Assembly: GCA_964016885.1 (NCBI GenBank) | Contig: OZ024741.1 | Coordinates: 361,894,001 to 361,958,000 of the forward strand | Origin: Eledone cirrhosa | Taxonomy: Eukaryota | Direction: 5' to 3' | Length of the DNA stretch: 64,000 nucleotides | Part shown: in pieces, positions 26,497 through 40,947 of the stretch | Layout: the number at the start of each line of letters is the position of its first letter | Numbering within the stretch: the stretch's first letter is position 1 | Notes under the pieces: model-generated | Databases searched by the model: none | Seen by the model: only the letters and a program-made list of their open reading frames with translations | Told to the model about the DNA's origin: nothing | Translations under genes and position numbers: made by a program

Positions 26497-26514
26497 AGTA
26501 ACAATAGTAGCAGC

Positions 26515-26594
<80 letters not shown>

Positions 26595-26634
26595 CAGCAG
26601 CGGTAGTAGTAGTAGTAGCAGCAGTAGTAGTAGT

Positions 26635-26683
<49 letters not shown>

Positions 26684-26722
26684 ATCGTTGTAGTAGTAGT
26701 AGCAGCAGCAGCAGCAGCAGCA
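26497..26722. repeat. (TAG/CAG)n compound microsatellite
   Basis: Direct reading. Confidence 0.95.
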
Positions 26723-27269
26723 ATGATTTCTTTATTAGCCACTTGGGCTGAAAACATTATGTACAATACAAACAAACAGAGGTAGCAGGGATTTACATGA
26801 AAAGAATAATCAGAAAATAACAGGAAACAGAAGAAAGAATAAATGAATAACAACAGATTCCCCGGTAAGTGGTTGAACCACTCAGAGGTAATTAAGAAAC
26901 CCCATAGATTTTAAATACCCCTCCTCCAATCACCAAGAACACCATAAGCAAATGTCCTTCTTTCCAAGCTATGCATGACCCATTCTGTCCAGCCCACATC
27001 CACTTTTAACAACAAATATACCCTGGTGGGGAGGTGGTGGACAGCAATTCCTTTGCTACCCTCATTTTCATTTCTAAGTTGGAAAGTATTTATTAAGAGG
27101 AATTCTTGGAAGCCAGGAAAACTACCACATTATATTAACTTTCCAATTGTCTTTTTCAGTCATTACATATTAACCCCTTCAATACTGCATCTTTTCTAAC
27201 GAAAGAGACTGCCTAATTTTGAAAATAACCAAGAATTTAGAGAGATTTTGTAATACGAATATCTCCTCT

Positions 27270-27705
27270 CAACAAGACCATAAAGCATGGCCTGGATGAT
27301 GCAGGCTTCACTTCCCAGTTCAAGCAAGCAGGGTTTGGCTGAAGGGATAGCAAAAGGCCAGATGGCATGACAATCTTCCTGGGTAAGCCCCTCATCTGGG
27401 ATGCTACATGCTGTGACACCTTCTCTAATGGCAATCTGGTGTGTTTGGTTGCCAGGCCAGGTGGAAGAGGGCAAACTGTTCAAGTATCAACCGCACTGAT
27501 AGGTTTGCACTAGAGCCAATAGCAGTGGGGACTTCTGGCGTTCTTGGCCCCTGGACTACATCCTTGCTCACTGCTAATAGAACAGAGTTGGCTGCTTGCA
27601 GGTGCCAGCCTCGTGAGGTGGAGTGGCTGTTCCAGCACATCTCCCTTGCTGTCCTCCAGGGCAATGTATTCTCCCTTCTGTCGGCTGGAACAAAGAGGCG
27701 GAGGG
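27270..27705 (+). mobile_element. CRE/Hero-type REL endonuclease fragment
   Basis: KRPDGMTIF..KPLIWDATCCDT and PIAVGTSGVLG..WLFQHISLAVLQGN. Confidence 0.8.
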
Positions 27706-28899
27706 TAAGTTATACATATACACACATACTCAACCACTTACACAGTCCTCGTGGCTATCTTCAGAGAACTAACTTTCTTATTATTAGGTAGGTTTTGGAA
27801 CATAGCTCAACAAAGATTTTAACGGGAGCTTTTTTTTAAAAGATAAATATAAACATTTAAAAACAAACAATTTTGTAACATACAGCCAGGGGCAGTTTCA
27901 GGCAGTTTGTTATCAAAAGGGTTAAAGTATGTGTTAATATGTATTTCCTCTTCAGTTCTAGCTTAAACTATCACTACGGGGGAGTAGAATATACATTGAT
28001 ATGAATGAGCTGAACAAATTAGCTGAAGGTCAGCATTTTCAGTGTCAGAGCAACGAAGAAAATATTTTGCAATGAAATTTTGTCTGTAACATTGACTAGA
28101 CACAAAAGGCATGTAGAAGATAAAAAAACAAACAAATATATAAATAAAAGAGTCTCAGACAGTTGTGTTAATGTGTAAGAAAGTGTTGATGTGACAAGTG
28201 GGTGTTTATAAAAGGATTTCTTGAAAACTATATTCAAGTATTTATTACTTAAAACTTGGAATGAGAAAAATGTTTTCACTATACACACCCTGTATATAAC
28301 TAACTCAGTTGGGTTCTTTCTTAATGGTAAGTGTTCCTAAACCATCTTTATTGCTCATTATTGATAATAAGGAAATATTTAGTTTGTGAAGGAAAAAAAA
28401 TATAACTTTAACCGTTTTGATACCAAACTGCTTGAAACCACCACTTGTTCTAGGATGAAAAACTTTGTTTTAAAGTGTTTATATCATCATCATCACCACC
28501 ATTTAACGTCCATTTTTCTATGGTTATATGTATCTAAAAACTTTCCATCATAATTTTTCTGTAAGAACTTTCGTTAAGTTATATTAAAGACCAGCTTGAT
28601 AATGAGAAACTTAGTTATATTATTAAACCTTACCAAATTCTTCTTTATTTTTAAGATTATTTGAAAATCATGGACACCGTTTTCATTAGAAATATAGTAA
28701 TGAAAAAATAAGTACTGTGGTTGAAATGATTGATTCAATTCCTTCAAGGCGATACCTATTCATCATCATCATTTTATGTTCACATTCCATGTTGGCAAGG
28801 GTTGGACTTGTCATATGGTCTTAGACTATACAGGTCAGAGAACTACATATTTTGGCATGGTTTCTACGGCTAAATGCCCTTCCTAATGTTAACTGCTTT

Positions 28900-29320
28900 G
28901 CAGAGTGTACAGGGTGAATTTTATCAGGGTACCACCATTAACACCTTATATGTACTGAGTGTCTTTTATTGTGACACCAGCACTGTCATCTTACAGAGTT
29001 TAGTGAGGAAGTTTTATTATGGTACCAGCACTATTGCTTTACAGAATGTGGTGAGGAAATTTCATCATGGTACCAACACTATTGCTTTACAGTATATGGT
29101 GATGGAATTTTATCATGGTACCAGCACTATTGCTTTACAGAATGTGGTGATGGAATTTTATCCTGGTACCAGCACTACTACTTTACAGAATGTGGTGAGA
29201 GAATTTTACCATGGTACCAGCACTACTACTTTACAGAATATAGTGATGGAATTTTATCATGATATCAGCAGTATTGCTTTACAGAATGTGGTGATGGAAT
29301 TTTATCATGGTATCAGCACT
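28900..29320. repeat. 48-bp minisatellite (~8 copies) derived from the RTE 3' UTR-like repeat
   Basis: Unit gaattttatcatggtaccagcactattgctttacagaatgtggtgatg; continuous with atgcccttcctaa at 28874. Confidence 0.85.
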
Positions 29321-29582
29321 AGGGAGGATCCTCACTACTTTATGCTGTCTCGATTTGTTTGCCCAACACTTTACATGTACTAAGTGCATACCACCATGGA
29401 ATAAAATAAGAATAAAGATATATAAACTATAATTGAAGAATAAGAAAAGCCATAAATTTCTTAATTTGTACAAATATATTATTTTGCACATGTGTTGGAC
29501 CTCCATGAAATTATCATGCAAGCAGCTGAAATTTTCACCAATATGCAAACCTTAACATGATTCTTAGGGAGATTTAATGAGT

Positions 29583-29952
29583 CCTGTTGACTGTTATGTA
29601 TATTTTACACAGCTACAGTAAAATAACTATTTAAAAAATAACATTTATTATTAACAACACATATATGAATGATTGACAAACATCACATCAATAAACTAGT
29701 AACCCCATCTAGCTTTGAAGTTATGAACTGTTGGAAACGAGTTTATAACTTTTAAGTTATGAACTGTTGGAAATGAGTTCAAACATGTTAGGACAAGTTA
29801 TCTCGTCTGTGGCACTGGAATGCATACATGTTAAGATGAGTTATCTTGTCTGTGGCACTGGAATGCATACATGTTAGGACAAGTTATCTCGTCTGTGGCA
29901 CTGGAATGCATACATGTTAAGATGAGTTATCTTGCCTACAGCACTGAAGAGG
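29583..29952. mobile_element. piggyBac-like MITE (family M2) with internal ~46-bp tandem expansion
   Basis: Reverse complement of 54567-54833; ends gaagagg|TTAA. Confidence 0.7.
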
Positions 29953-30644
29953 TTAAATTATAGGTACAATCCATATGATGATGGGCTTCCAAGCAGTTTT
30001 CATCTACCCAATTTAACACACAAGTTTTAGGTCAACCTGAGGCAATGATAAATGACACTTGCTCAAGATACCATGAAGTAGGATTGAGCCTGGGACCTCA
30101 TGGTTGTTAAGTGAACTTCTTAACAGTTCATTCATGGTGCATCCACATAAGATTAAGAATATATAGTTTAAAATAAAAGAATAAGAAAAGCTGTAAATTC
30201 TTTGTTAATTTACACAAAGGTATTTTTTTGGCACAACTTGCACAGACTTTCCCAATTGTTGAGAAGTTTATCTGAACAGTTCATGACTGTTACCTGATCC
30301 CTTCCCAGACAACATTCCTAGACCTATTGTTCTGCCATGTTTACACATGAATGTTCCAGAAATTTACATAAATTGCCATATGACTGCACACAATAGTCAA
30401 ATGTTCTTTGTTTTTAAAAAATTCTAATTTTATATGTATGTATGCATATAACACCACAATGTTATAGGTGTGGTCAAACTGTTTATTTGACATTCCTGAT
30501 GATTTCATACAAATGAAACAATTCTAGTCCTGTAGAATTCATTTCTATATATATAATAAAGATACCTATACTCAACTAATGTATTAACTGTTGTTAAAAC
30601 CCCACCCCCAACCCAACTCTGGAATCTACATATTATATGTATAT

Positions 30645-30832
30645 AGGAAAATGTGTGACCCCGACGGCAGAGCTCAAGCCATTTCAATGGCTATTTCTGG
30701 ACTGAAATAGCCATCGAAATGGCTTGAGCTCTGCTGTCGGAGTCATACATTTTCTTATTATCCACTCTATTACCCTAAGTATTGAGTACTCTGGTGAGTT
30801 ATGGTCCATCTGGTTCCTTACCACACCTCCTT
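30645..30832 (+). mobile_element. Penelope pLTR 3' fragment with fold-back palindrome
   Basis: Homologous to 45692-45825 and 37868-38005; 30645-30697 is inverted against 30704-30756. Confidence 0.75.
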
Positions 30833-31295
30833 CATTATTATATGTATATATATGTACATAGGGAGCTTATAGATCGGACAACACACGCTGTTTTTGGTAA
30901 GTTTTGATTAATTTTTGTATTTTGAAACATCAAAATACAACAAAATGTTTGCTCACTGGACTCGGGAAATGTTCTGACACAAGCTGTGGAAGCTACACAA
31001 ATATTTCATATATTTTTCCCAGAGCAATCTTTATTTACATTTTACATTTTACGTTTAGTTGCCTAAGAATGCTATAAATTGCTATAAATTCAAATTTTGA
31101 AAAGAGAGGAAAACGGACAAGTGATGTATGAACTAGATACATCTCACTGACCCCCGCCACCACAATAATGTGTACCCTCGCTCCCTACCACCACCGCATT
31201 TACACAAGTCATTACTCTATCTAGACTAAAGTGACTGACTTGTTGCCAAACTCCTTACTCTGTGTTGAATGTGTGTATATATATATATATGTATG

Positions 31296-31326
<31 letters not shown>

Positions 31327-32142
31327 CTCAGTCGAAGCGACCAAATTTCAACCCCAACATCTACAAGAACAACAACAGCAACAACACCATTGTATGCAGC
31401 AGCAGCAGCAGCAGCAGAATGAAATGAACATCAAGAGGAACAACAAACAACAACAATAACATCAACTGCCACCACCATCACTGCCACCATCCACCACCAC
31501 CACCATCACAACCACCATCACCATCACCAGCGATCAGGCCATAAGAAAACAACAACTATAATAATAATTATTCTGTTTTTGGCACGGAGCAGCGATTGTC
31601 CCAGCGCATTGCTGGTGCCTTGTTTTGTCGGCTTTGTGGGGATGAAGGACAGGGTTGACCTCAGCGGGATTTGAACCCGGAGCGTGGAGGGCCGTAGCTC
31701 TATGCTGTAAAACAATTATTATAATAATTGTTTCTACTTTTTGGCACAAGGCCAGCAATTACCCAGTGCATTACTGGTACTTTATTTTATCGACCCCGTA
31801 AGGATGAAAGAACAGTAACACACGGCTTCAATTATAGAACTCTTTTGAAAGTCAACAGTTAACATGGTCTTGTATCAGTAATGACGGCAATATATGTATA
31901 TCTGTGTGTGTGTGTGTGTGTGTGTGTGTTTAAGTGAGTGGCATGTGTGTGTTTGTATGCATGAGTGTTGATGTGTGAGTGAGTGTGTGTGTGTGTGAGT
32001 GGCATGTGTATGTATGCATGAGTGTTGGTGTGTGAGTGAATGTGTGTGTGTCGTACGTATGAGTGTCAATAAGTGATTATAATTTTAAAAAAATTTTATT
32101 TTGCGCGGGGACATAGAAATAATCAGGCTGGATACCTGATTG

Positions 32143-32400
32143 CGCAGTTAAACCACTGGGAGTAAAGGACCCCTAGCCCTTGTCAGGGCATTCTTCTAGA
32201 AGGTATCTCAGGAAACTGGGTTAACTCCGACATAAAACCTGCAGATCAGTAGTTACCGATGATGTTGATCTTTTCTTCTTTTCGGGTTATAGCTACTGTC
32301 GCTCAGAGAGTGGGATTGGCTCAGTGCACAGTCTTTCCTCACTTTAAAAATATTCTTCACACACAGGCATTGCACAATTGCATTAATTAATAATTATTAT
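32143..32400 (+). mobile_element. Interspersed repeat with an RTE 5'-UTR-like segment (SINE-like)
   Basis: Near-identical copy at 36821-37085, diverged copy at 37330-37560; ctaggagaagg.aactc motif. Confidence 0.65.
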
Positions 32401-32699
32401 TATTGTTATTATTGTTAAGACCATACTGTAAAAAGGATGGGTAGAGAGGGCCCATGAGTCCAGTAAGACATCCTCTCTAGTGCACAAATAAAAGAACCCA
32501 GTCCATGCTGTAAAGTGGCACTGGTGTTAGGAAGGGCATCCAACCAGTGTATTAATGCCAAAACAATTATGAGCACAGCAGCAAATATATATATCGCAAT
32601 AACTGCTTAAACAGCAATAGCACTAACCATGTTAGGGCTGCGCACAGTAGCGGGGTGGCTGGTGCAGCCATGTGCAGGAACCCCCTGACCGTCTTCAAG

Positions 32700-35185
32700 C
32701 AATCGCAGTACAGGAAAAGGAACAAGAATATGAAGACATCACATCTCAGAGTTGCAACACTTAATGTTGGCACTCTCACAGGTAGATCTGGTGAAATAGC
32801 GGAGATGGTGGAGAGAAGGCATGTGGATGTGTGGTGTGTGCAAGAGGTGAGATGGAAAGGTACCTCTGCGAGACTAATCGCAGGCAAACATCTTAGTTAT
32901 AACCTTTTCTGGGTAGGTAAGGATGATGGGTTAGGGGGAGTAGGCATTTTCCTGGCTGAGAGATGGATCGATAAGACAATAGAGGTAGTTCGAGTTAATA
33001 GTAGAATAATTAAGCTTAGATTAGTTGTAGGCAGGAGACTACTGACAATCATCTCTGCCTATGCTCCCCAGACGGGCCTAGGTAAAGAAGAGAAAGACTG
33101 CTTTTAGGAGCAACTTTTACAAACAGCCGCAATGACAGAGGACAGAGACATCGTTATGCTAGCAGGGGACTTCAATGGTCATGTTGGACAGCTCCAGAAT
33201 GGTTACACTAGGGTACATGGTGGGCACGGTTACGGCTCAAGAAATGAAGAAAGAGTGAGACTTCTTGAATTTTGTGATGCAAGTGCACTAACCATTTGCA
33301 ACACTAACTTCCAGAAACCTGTCAATGCAAATCAGGATGTTGTTAGAGATAAATGTGTTCGGAATGATGCCGGTGCGCTTAGTGTCACGAATGATCAGAA
33401 AAAGGAGGCCTGGAAATGTCATTATGAGAGACTGATGAATGTGGAGAACGAATGGGAGAGAGAGAAATTACCCTTAGTAGATCCAACAGAGGGACCAGCT
33501 ATTGAGATTGACGAATATATGGTCCAAGAGGCGATTAAGGAAATGAAAAATGGTAAGGCCGCTTGACCGTCGGGGATAGTTCCTGAGATGCTGAAGGCAT
33601 CAGGGGACGTAGGCACTAAACTGGTTGCACGCATCATCAATCAGGCTATATATGGTGGTGTCATACCCAAAGACTGGTGCAGCAGTATTCTCATAAATTA
33701 CTACAAAGGTAAAGGGGGTGCTCTGGAGAGGAGCAATTATAGGGGTATAAAACTGATGGATCAGGTTATGAAAGTGGCAGAAATGATATTAGCACAACTA
33801 ATTAGAGAAAGTGTCAAACTAGATGAGATGCAGTTTGGTTTTGTGCCTGGGAAAAGTACAACAGATGCCCTCTTCTAGGTGAGACAATTACAAGAGAGGT
33901 TCTAAGCCACTATACTTAGCTTTTGTTGACCTAGAGAAGGCCTTTGATAGGGTACCCTGATCTGTCATCTGGTGGTCCCTAAGGAAACTAGGTGTTGAGG
34001 AATGGCTTCTGAGGACAGTACAAACTTTGTACAGAGGTGCTGTCAGTAAAGTGAAGGTAGGAATGGAGATACAAGTAGGAGTACATCAGGGTTCGGTCCT
34101 CAGCCCGCTCTTGTTCATTATAGTCCTCCAAGCCATATCAGAGAAGCTTAAGACTGGCTGTCCATGTGAACTTCTCTATGCTGACGATCTGGTTCTTATA
34201 GTAGAATCAGTAGAGAAGTTGGAGAATAAATTCTGGCTATGGAAACAGCAGTTGGAAGCAAGAGGACTGAGAGTGAACCTAGCTAAGACAAAAGTGTTGA
34301 TGAGTAGAAAAGAGGACAAAACTCTGATTCCGTCAGGGAAATGGCCATGTTCAATATGCAGAAAAGGAACTGGCATAAATTCTATAAAATGCACACAATG
34401 CAGATCCTGGGTACACAAGAGATGTAGTCGGATAGCAGGCAAACTAACAGGTAGGGAGAAATACATATGCAGTAGATGTACAGGGAAATTTGACAGTAGA
34501 AGTTGCATTGATAGACACATTTTTCAAATGCAGGTGGATGCTATAGAAGTGGTTGATAGCTTCTGGTACCTAGGTGATCAGATTAGCATGGGAGGTGGGT
34601 GTTCCGAGGCCATAGTGTCTAGAATAAGGACGGGTTGGAAGAAGTTTAGGGAGCTGCTTCCTCTGCTGACAAAGAAGGGTTTCTCCCTGCGTACAAAGGG
34701 CCGGTTATATGATGCCTGTGTGAGGAGCGTGATGCTGCATGGTAGTGAGACATGGGCAGCATCTGCAGAGGATATGCGACAGGCTGGAGAGAAATGAGGC
34801 AAACATGCTCCATTGGATGTGCAATGTCAATGTGCGTGAACGACCGAGCATGGATGTGTTGAGAGAGAGACTGTGTCTGAGAGGGATAGATTGTAGTGTA
34901 CGGGAGAGGAGACTGAGGTGGTATGGACATGTGATGCGCATGGAGGTTGACTGATGGGTGAAGAAGTGCCAGGAAATGCCAGTTGAAGGAAAACGTGGTA
35001 GAGGTAGACGACGAAAAGCATGGGCGGAGGTGGTGAGAGCAGACCTCAGATCGCTGAAGCTCACGGTGGAGATGACGAAGGACCGTGACAAGTGGAGAGA
35101 TACTGTGCTGAATAGGACCTGTCCCACCCTTGCAAGCAGGGAAAAGCGGACGTAAAATGATGATGATGATGATGATGATAATGAT
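32700..35185 (+). mobile_element. RTE-clade LINE (family B), decayed, with internal deletion
   Basis: APE (ATLNVGTL, QEVRW, AYAPQ, GDFNGH), RT (QFGF, HQGSVLSP, YADD), C-terminus, (GAT)n tail; ~0.6-kb deletion near 33325 relative to family A. Confidence 0.93.
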
Positions 35186-35193
35186 ATATATAT

Positions 35194-35460
35194 ACAGTAA
35201 TCCCCCGTTTAACGCGGAGGATATGTTCCAGAACCAACTGCGATAAATGAAGATCCACGATATAGAGAAACCATAAAGACAACCGTCGTTTTCATAGTTT
35301 AAACCTTAAAATACTTATCCTACACGCTTTAAGTACATATAAACTCATTAAAATACACTTTTGTATTTAAACACGAAAAACAGCCAGTAACTATCGTATA
35401 GAAACTATCACCAATGATCGTACCACTAGTTAACAAATGATTTTGAAAACTGTAATATAA
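35194..35460 (+). mobile_element. Tigger/pogo-like DNA transposon terminal fragment
   Basis: TA|CAGTAATCCCCCGTTTAACGCGG resembles Tigger-type TIRs; partner end not found. Confidence 0.5.
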
Positions 35461-37271
35461 GAAAGACACTTAAAAGTCAGTGTTGATTATGCATTGCAGA
35501 AAAATACAACACTCCCACAAAAAATGATTACTCAATAAGAGAAATGAGATCATCTCCTGGTACAGACTGGATAAATATCCTGAAGTTGATGTAATAGGAT
35601 AAATATGGTAGCAAGATAATAGAAAACTACAAGGAAACAACTCAACAGGAGAAACTACCTCAATGGATTGACCTATGACAATATGCTGATATTTGAAAAT
35701 AGTAACCACATGTAATAGTTTGAACAATAGAATTAGTTCCTTGAATGATAGCAGGGTGTGAAGTATGTATAGCAGTCAAATACTTGCACAGTATATAGAT
35801 TATGGTTAGGTGACTAATTCACTTATTAAAACTATTATAATCTTTTATGTGTCGATCATTCTCATAGCTCTATCTGTTTTCATTGGTTAATCCTTTAGCA
35901 TTTAAACCAGCCATATCCGGTCAGAATTTTCTCACCTCTTTTTGTTTATAGATTTGATATTATGTGAGATAATAATTACCACAAAAATACAATAGTCTAT
36001 ATAGAGCAATGTAAATGTTAAAGGGTTAAACCAGTTGTACCCTGGTGAAGAATTTCTTATTATTTTGTTGTTGTCTTCTCACAACTATGTCATAGAGGAT
36101 GTTTACTTTATCTGTAACTCTGATCTATTTTTCATGCAGATTGTGAAGCACCGGCCTACCAAATAGCAGTCAACTGAAGCGATCAATCCAAATTGTTCTT
36201 TATACCTGCTGTGGAGAGTGAACATCATAAGTATATATGAGAAATATGTAAGCATGAATAGTATAATATGAAAGTTATAAAATATATAAAATGGAATATA
36301 TGGTGGGCTACCAGGCTGCTGTCAGAGATGCTACTCATCATACCTGTTAAGCATATGGAAAAGGAGGAGGGCTCAAACGACATGCAAAAGTACATGAGGA
36401 CCAACCACAGCTGGTTATTACCAGTGAATGTTTTTATCATGGTTGCCAACTCTGTGCAAGACATTCTAGATCATTGGTTGGGCTAAAAAGCCACATTCGA
36501 GTGCAGCACCATTAAACATTTTTCTTTTTGAAATTTTTTTTATTGTGTAATAGCCATACTCAATAATGAGGGGGCAGCCATCATCATCATGTATGTATGT
36601 CGGGTCACTCTTGAGTGTTACTGGTAACATGTAACCCAGTACAACCTGTCACATGGTCGGGTTGCCGGCGACTACTCCGGTAACCCCACCCAGTTTACTT
36701 GGTGAGGAGGGTGATTTTGGACATCCTGCAGGACAAAAAACAAAATCTGGCAAAGGGCGGAAGAACTCATAAGAGTCAAGGGCCATCCAAAAGTGTGTAA
36801 ATATGTATATACACATGTACCGCGCGGTTAAACCACTGGGAGTGAAGGACCCCTAGCCTTTGTCAGGGCATTCTTCTAGGAGAAGGCAACTCAGGAAACT
36901 GGGATAACTCCGATATAAAACCTGCGGTTCAGTAGTTACCGATGATGTTGATCTTTTCTTCTTTTCAGGTTATAGCTACTGTCGCTCAGAGAGTGGGATT
37001 GGCTCAGTGCACAGTCTTTCCTCACTTTAAAAAATATCTTCACGCTCAGGCATTGCACAATAGAATTAATTAATAATTATTAATAATGGTATATCGTGCA
37101 ATGGCCATACTCGATAATGAGGGGGCAGCCATCATGTATGTATATGAGGTAAAATTTATGTGGACGACATTTTAAAAGTATGTCAGGTCTAAAAAGTCAC
37201 ATGGGTTCTCATGCCAGACCTGAGCTCCATGTACATTGAGGTGGTCAAGCTTTATATTGAGCAGACAACCG

Positions 37272-37331
<60 letters not shown>

Positions 37332-37768
37332 CAGTCAATGGCCATCCAAAATCACCGGGAGAGATGACCCCTTAGCCTTTGTCAAGGCAGAATTCTAGGA
37401 GAAGGAAAACTCTGATCTAACACCTGCAACTCTGATGGTATCCAATGATGTTGACTTGTTCTTCTTTTTGGTAAATATCACCTTGGTTAAGAGAGTGGGA
37501 CTGGCTTTGTGCAGTGCCTTTGCTCACTATAAAAGCTTCACAGCACAGGCATTGCTTTATATCTGGAGATATCTCTGCACTTGTCGTCACATGGTACCAT
37601 GGGCCCACCACTATGTGTCAATAATTGTGACAAGTGTAGCGTTTGTACCAGAGTTTTCAAGTCGCTGGCTGGACTAAAAAGTCACACTTGTTCAGCGTAT
37701 CGGTAGGGGTTCTCCTACATGGATATAAAATAGTGGCCGTACTCGAAAATGAGTTGGCAGCCACCATG

Positions 37769-37835
<67 letters not shown>

Positions 37836-38020
37836 ATATATATATATATAATATATATATATATATTAGTCCAGAATTAGCCGTCGAAACGGCTTGAGCT
37901 CAGCCGTCGGGGTCCTACTCGTTCCTATTACCCACTCTACTACCCTAAGTATTGAGTACTTTGGTGCGTTATGGTCCACCTGGTTCCTTACCACATTTCC
38001 TTCGTTTTATATATATATAA

Positions 38021-38059
<39 letters not shown>

Positions 38060-38340
38060 AAGGCATATGGCCGCGTGGTACGGATGTTGGACTTACGACC
38101 ATAAAGTTGTGGGTTCGATTCCTGGGTTGGGTGTTGTGTTCTTGAGCAAAACACTTCATTTCACGCTGCTCCAGTATACTCAGCTGAAAATGAGTACCAG
38201 CAACAGCTGGGGATTTAATCCTATGATGGACTGGCGTCATTTCCAGGGGGGCGGGGAGTCTTATACTTTCAGTCGCTTCATACCATGAAACCGGGATAAG
38301 CACTGGCCAAATGAGCCTTCTGGCTTAAGACAGACTTTAG
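38060..38340 (+). mobile_element. tRNA-derived CORE-like SINE, near full length
   Basis: A box tggccgcgtgg, B box ggttcgattcc, core gttcttgagcaaaacacttc. Confidence 0.8.
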
Positions 38341-38361
38341 ACTTTTATATATATATATATA

Positions 38362-38835
38362 TCATCATCATCGTTTAACGTCTATCTTCCATGCTAGCAT
38401 GGGTTAGACGGGAATTGTCCCACTTGAGGCAAGATTGGTCGGGTGACCGTGTCTCGCTCGTATAGGACTATCTGGCAGGTTTTCTACTGTTGGATGCCCT
38501 TCCTAACACCAACCACATTTACAGTTTGGACTGGGAGCTTTTTACCGTTTTACTTACACGGCCACATTACAGCGTGGACTGTGTGTTGTTTTGTCGTTAC
38601 ACCTACACCACCTCATTTGTACTGGATGTTGTGGTACCAACATAACTTTATAGAGAAAGAGAGGTGTTGGCGGGAATGGAAGGATGGAGTAGAGGTAGTG
38701 GGCTGGGGTGTATGTTTGGTTTGGAGGGGCCTACTGAGGGTAGGTTAACTTCTGTATTACTGCGTGGCACCAACGATCTCGATCCAGTGACATTGCCTTA
38801 GAGAGGTGCAAGTGTACAAGGTCGGAATTTATCAT
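38362..38835 (-). mobile_element. RTE LINE 3' end (related to family C)
   Basis: (ATC)n tail, shared 3' UTR and ORF end similar to 39136-39630. Confidence 0.8.
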
Positions 38836-38890
38836 ATATATAAAACGTCAGCGTGAAGGTGATTAGGAATTTATTTGCTTTAACATATGT

Positions 38891-38956
<66 letters not shown>

Positions 38957-38957
38957 T

Positions 38958-38998
<41 letters not shown>

Positions 38999-39135
38999 AT
39001 GTGTGGATGTGTGTGTTTATATATATATATATATATATTTCTATATATATATATATGTGTGGATGTGTGTGTTTATATATATATATATATATATATATTT
39101 CTATATATATATATATGTGTGTGTGTGTTTATATA

Positions 39136-40672
39136 TCATCATCATCATCATCATCATCATTGTTTAACGTCCATGTTCCACGCTTGCATGGGCTTGGACG
39201 GGGGTTTTCCCACTTGAGGCAAGAGTGATTGTCTTGCTCGCATAGGACTGTCTGGCGGGTTTTCTACAGCTGGATGCCCTTCCTAACACCAACCACATTT
39301 ACAGTGTGGGGCTGGGAGGTTTTTACCGTGTTGCCTACACGGCCACATTACAGCGTGGAGTGTGTTTTTTGTCGTGACACCTACACGATCTCATTTGTTT
39401 CAGCCTGGATGTTGTGGCACCAACATAACTTTACATTGAAAGGGGCGGTGTGGATGGGGTGGGGGTGGTGGGACGGGGGTGTATTTTGTTAGAGATGCCT
39501 ACTGACTGTAGTAGGTTTTACTTTGTATTTAGGTAAGGCGGGTCTTCTCTATTACTGAGTACCGCCAAAGGTCTCGGTCCAGTGACATTGTCTTGGAGAG
39601 GTGCAAGTGTGTGAGGTCGGAATTTATCAGCTCGTCCCAGGTTTTTCTGGGTCTGCCTACTCCGTAGCTACCGTCTATCTTTATTGCCCTGCACTTTGTT
39701 ATACAGCTGTCGTCTTTCATGCGCATCACGTGACCATACCAACGTAGCCTTCTCTTGAGTAAACAACATCTGATCCCTCTTATTTCTAATTTTTTCCTTA
39801 GTTCGCTTATGCTTTGCCGTTCACGTATGTTACTATTACACATCCAGCGGAGCATGCAAGCTTCATTCCTCTCTAGTCTGCTTATATCCTCTGCACACAA
39901 TGCCCAGGTCTCACTGCCATGCAACATTGCTGTTCGTATGCAGGCATCATACAGCCTGCCTTTCATTTTTAGGGAGAACCCTTTAGCGGCTAATAGTGGT
40001 ATAAGCTCTCTGAACTTTTTCCATCCAGTTCTGACTCTAGCTACTGTACTTTCAGAGCACCCTCCCCCACTGGTGATTTTGTCACCCAGGTAACGGAAGC
40101 TGTCCACTATTTCTATAGAACCCTCTGCGCAATTGAAAGAGCTAGTATTTTGTGGGCACTTGCTGCTACTTATTGCACCAGAGCACCGGCCACATGTAAA
40201 ATCTATGTTCTTAGTTAGCTTACCTGTGACCCCACTACATCTTTTATGCACCCATACTTTGCATTTGGGACATAAAATGGAGTTTCTACCTACGCCTTTC
40301 CTACACACTGAACATGGCCATTTCCCGGAAGGAACCATCGCCTTATTTTCTTTCCTACAAACTAGAACTTTAGTCTTAGCCAGGTTAATTTTAAGCCCTT
40401 TTGATTCTAGGCCATGTTTCCATGTTTGGAATTTCTTCTCTAGCTCGGCCATTGATTCAGCTATGAGCATTAGATCATCTGCGTATAGGAGTTCCCATGG
40501 ACAGCCGGTCTTGAACTCCACTGTTATAGCCTGAAGGGCAATAATAAATAGTAGGGGGCTAAGAACAGAGCCCTGATGTACACCAACTTTTACACTAAAC
40601 TCTTCACTATATTCGTTGTTAATTCTAACCTTGCTGACTGTTTCTTTATACATGGCTTGTATAGCTCTCACA
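39136..40672 (-). mobile_element. 5'-truncated RTE LINE (family C)
   Basis: ORF 39529..40752 with HQGSVLSP, YADD and RLRWYGHV; (GAT)n tail; both ends in (TA)n. Confidence 0.95.
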
Positions 40673-40838
40673 ATATATATATATATATATATATAATTGG
40701 ATATATGAGAGGGATGAACACAGATATAACTATACATGTGTTCCAATTGCAAATGACCAAGTTAGCTAGGTTGAAAAATACTAATTTAAAACATAATAAA
40801 TCAATAAAAATAACAAACCTATATCCTCAATCTATGAT

Positions 40839-40915
<77 letters not shown>

Positions 40916-40947
40916 AAAATGTGTGTAATCCTTGGTACAGTTAGGTA

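Noticed and set aside
31262-31530. Poly-Gln host exon
   Set aside because: CAA/CAG/CAC microsatellite next to (TA)n; the frame closes quickly and there is no domain signal
35540-36500. Host exons or a further retroelement
   Set aside because: Only faint RT-like remnants with many stops; too degraded to call
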